From the human T2T-CHM13v2.0 reference genome, Homo sapiens, in NCBI RefSeq assembly GCF_009914755.1, contig NC_060926.1: DNA of 64,000 bases. The stretch is one strand, 5' to 3'. The translations under genes were made by a program, and so were the position numbers. Shown piece after piece: positions 60,365-64,000 of this stretch (its first letter is position 1; every line of letters starts with the position of its first letter). A model generated the notes under the pieces. That model did no database searches, was not told the DNA's origin, and saw only the letters and a program-made list of their open reading frames with translations.

Positions 60365-62181
60365 ACACATGCATATACACACACGTGTATATGTATACTT
60401 ATATATACACACACATATATATCCATATATACACATACATATATGCATGCATACACATACATACATATATACATACATATATACCCACATATACACATAC
60501 ATATATATACCCACACATATATACACATGCATATATGCACATACATGCCTATACATATATACCCATACACATATGAACATACATGCCCATACATATATAC
60601 ACATACACATATGCACATTATATATACACATACTTATATACCCATATATACAAACATACATATATACATACATACCCATATATACACACATATATATGCA
60701 TACATATACATACATATATACATACATATATACCCATATATACCCATACATATATACACATACCTATATATACCCATACATATCTACACATACATATATA
60801 CACCCATACATATATACACATACATATATATACCCATATACGTATATATGCTACATCTTATCATATATTATATATTTTATATAACATAATATGTATTATA
60901 CCCATATACACATATATATGTGTTATGTATTATACCCATATACACATATATACGGGTATAATACATATTATGCAATATAAAATATATATATGCCCATACA
61001 TATATACACCCATACATATATACCCATACATATATACACATACATATATATATCCGTACATATATATCCATACATATATACCCATATATATACACATACA
61101 TATATATACCCATACATATATACACATACATATATATACCCATATATATTATATACACATACATATATAATACCCATATATACATATATATTTTATATAA
61201 CATAATATGTATTATACCCATATACACATATGTTATATACCCATATACACATATATGGGTATAATACACATACACATATGTTATATACCCATATACACAT
61301 ATGTTATATACCTATATACACATATATAGGTATAATACTTAGTATGTTATATAAAATATATATGTGTATATGGATATTATATATGTATGTGTATATAATA
61401 TATATGGGTATATATATGTAGGTGTATATGGTTATATGTATGGGTATATATGTGTGGGTATATATATGTATGTGTATATATGTATGGGTGTATATATGTA
61501 TGGGTATATATGTATGGCTATATAAGTATGAGTATATATTTATGGGTATATATGTATGTGTATATATGTATACATATACACATTTATTGTTTATGCATAC
61601 ATATGTGTGCATATGTGTATGCATATACACGTGTATATGCATACATATATATGTATGTGTATATGTATGCATATACACATGTGTATGTATATGTATGCAT
61701 ATACACATGTGTATGTATATGTATGCATATACACATGTGTATGTATATGTATGTGTATATGGGTTTATATATGGGTATATATATGTATGTGTATATATGT
61801 ATACAAATACATACCCATATATACCCATACATATATAGGTGTATATATGTATATATATGTATATGTATATATGTATGGTGTATATATATGTATGTGTATA
61901 TATATGTATATGTATGCATATATGTATGTGTATATATGGGTATATATGTACGTATATATAATGTGGATATATGCATGTGTATACATGTATGTGTGTATAT
62001 ACGTGTGTGTATGCATGTAAACACATATATACAAGTGTAAATACACATATGTACACATGTGTATTATACACATAGGTACACATGTGTATAATACACATAT
62101 ATCCACATTATATGTGTGTCTATATATGAACATATACGTGTATCCAGACAGTGTGTACATATATGTGTGTATATGCATATA
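60365..62181. repeat. Complex (TA/CA/TG)-rich satellite with nested inverted repeats
   Basis: Units such as tatacccatacatatatacaca on the left and their complement tgtgtatatatgtatgggtata on the right. Confidence 0.95.
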
Positions 62182-62507
62182 CAGTCGTCACTTGGACTCG
62201 TGGGGGATTGGTTCCAGTAGCCTCCGCCCATGCCTAGATCCCACAGGATGAAGTCCCTGATATAAAATGTTATAGCATTTGCATACAAACTATGCACATC
62301 CTCCCAAATATCTTAAATACTTTAAATGATCTTTAGATTATTTATAATACCTTATACAATGTAAATAGTTGTTATACTGTATTGTTTAGAGAATAATGAC
62401 AAGAAAAATATCTGTACATGTTCCATACAGACACTTTTTTTTTCAAACATTTTTGCTCCATGGTTGGTTGAATCCAGGCATGTGGAACCCATAGATAGAG
62501 AGGGGCT
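62182..62507 (+). mobile_element. MER2 Tigger MITE (3' tip split by an Alu)
   Basis: cagtcgtcacttgg..gtgggggattggttccag..aagtccctgatataaaatg..tggttggttgaatcc..gtggaacccatagatagagaggg. Confidence 0.82.
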
Positions 62508-62811
62508 GGCCAGGCGCAGTGGCTCATGCCTGTAACCCCAGCATTTTGGGAGGCTGAGGTGGGCAGATCACTTGAGGTCAGGAATTCGAGACCAGCCTGG
62601 CCAACATGGTGAAACCCTGTCTCTACTAAAAATACAAAAAGTTAACTGTGTGTGGTGGCACGTGCCTGTAATACCGGCTACTCAGAGGCTGAGGCAGGAG
62701 AACTGCTTGAACTCGGGAGGCAGAGGTTGCAGTGAGCCGAGACCATGCACTGCACCGCAGCCTGGTGACAAAGCTACACTCCATCTGAAAAAAAAAAAAA
62801 AAAAAAAAAAA
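62508..62811 (+). mobile_element. Alu (AluS)
   Basis: Full dimer, TSD agatagagaggg. Confidence 0.9.
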
Positions 62812-63194
62812 GATAGAGAGGGCCTAGTGAGCACGTTTGTGTGTATATGGTCTCAACATCAGAACAACCTCAGATCTAGCATTATTCTTACTTTGGAAAC
62901 AGGTTGAGAGTCAGAGAATTGAACAACTTTCCCAAGGTTTTGTAGCCTGTAAATGGCAGAACCAGGATTGAATATAAAATTTCTAAATCCAGAGACTTTG
63001 TTCCTTTCTACACTGGCATCCAAGGTAGTCCTCTGAGACATATGTAACTGCTATGCTTGAAACCTGCATTTCCTTCCACATGGCATCACACTCTCCTTAG
63101 ACACTAGGCTTCACGTCACGTCCAGTTTCTAAGATCCTCACGGTTCTATGTCTGTTTGGCAGCAGGGTCATCTGAGAAGGCCTGCAGTGTGGGC

Positions 63195-63352
63195 CAGCAC
63201 TTCACAAACCTTCATGTGCGTGTGAAGCCTGTGGTCTGAATGCAGATTCTGATTCAGGAGTCTGGGGTGGGGCCTGGGACTCTGCCTTTCTCACAATTGC
63301 CCAGGTGATGCCACAGCTGCTACGGGTCCCCGGACCACTCTTTGAGTAGCAG
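63195..63352. mobile_element. MER5A fragment
   Basis: aatgcagattctgattcaggagtctggggtggggcctggga..ctcacaattgcccaggtgatg..ggaccactctttgagtagc. Confidence 0.7.
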
Positions 63353-63762
63353 GGGCGGGGCAGTGTGGCATCTCACTCTTGGTTTTGAATTTCATCTCAG
63401 CACAATCTGGGGTCACTTATTTAACTAACGTAACTTCTCTGGGGCTCAGAATCCTCATCTGTGAAATGGGAACAATAATATCAGCCCCACTGAGGAATTT
63501 AAATGAAAGGAGATGATACATAACACAGATCAGCTTCTCACTTGTTTTGGTTAGAATTGGAGGTGATTCCTTCATTGACATAAAACACGAGGCTGTTATC
63601 CAGACAGAGCTGTTAAACTTTGGGTTGGGTTCCAAATCATTTGGGTTATAATGTCAGCTCTCCGCATCACTCCAGAAAAGTGATCTTAGTAAGATCCTTC
63701 TAGTCATTTTGGTTGAGACTTGTTTCAGGTGGTCTAGAAGGCCTATTTATTTATGGCTATAG

Positions 63763-64000
<238 letters not shown>

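Noticed and set aside
60004-62297. Many long His/Ile/Tyr/Thr- or Met/Cys/Val/Tyr-rich ORFs (up to 264 aa)
   Set aside because: Artefacts of the (TA/CA)n satellite, which lacks stops in most frames on both strands.

Overview
Human, repeat-rich genomic DNA. About 40 Alus, L1/L2/MIR, MaLR/ERV LTRs, hAT/Tigger/mariner fossils and an L1HS pre-Ta insertion make it primate and, from the L1 diagnostics, human. A CpG island at ~4.55-5.55 kb holds a minus-strand first coding exon (MAEGVPASPSSGEGSRGPHSGVIQW|gtgag), which I recognise from memory as RFX8. The rest of the window is therefore upstream/intergenic sequence, which would be 2q11.2 if that recall is right. Other major elements: two full-length minus-strand processed pseudogenes with poly(A) and TSDs (RPS6, PRCP), a full-length dead Hsmar2 mariner, a two-LTR MaLR (MST) provirus, and a ~1.8-kb TA/CA-rich fold-back repeat bracketed by two outward-facing MER2 ends. 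Almost all ORF-track entries are spurious Alu or low-complexity ORFs. I see no supportable new gene system. The most notable signals are structural: very young, probably polymorphic insertions (perfect AluYc1; twin-primed pre-Ta L1), two Alus inserted head-to-head at one palindromic TTT/AAA site, a 55-bp locally templated copy, and the palindromic satellite. Subfamily names and boundaries come from recalled consensus sequences and are approximate.
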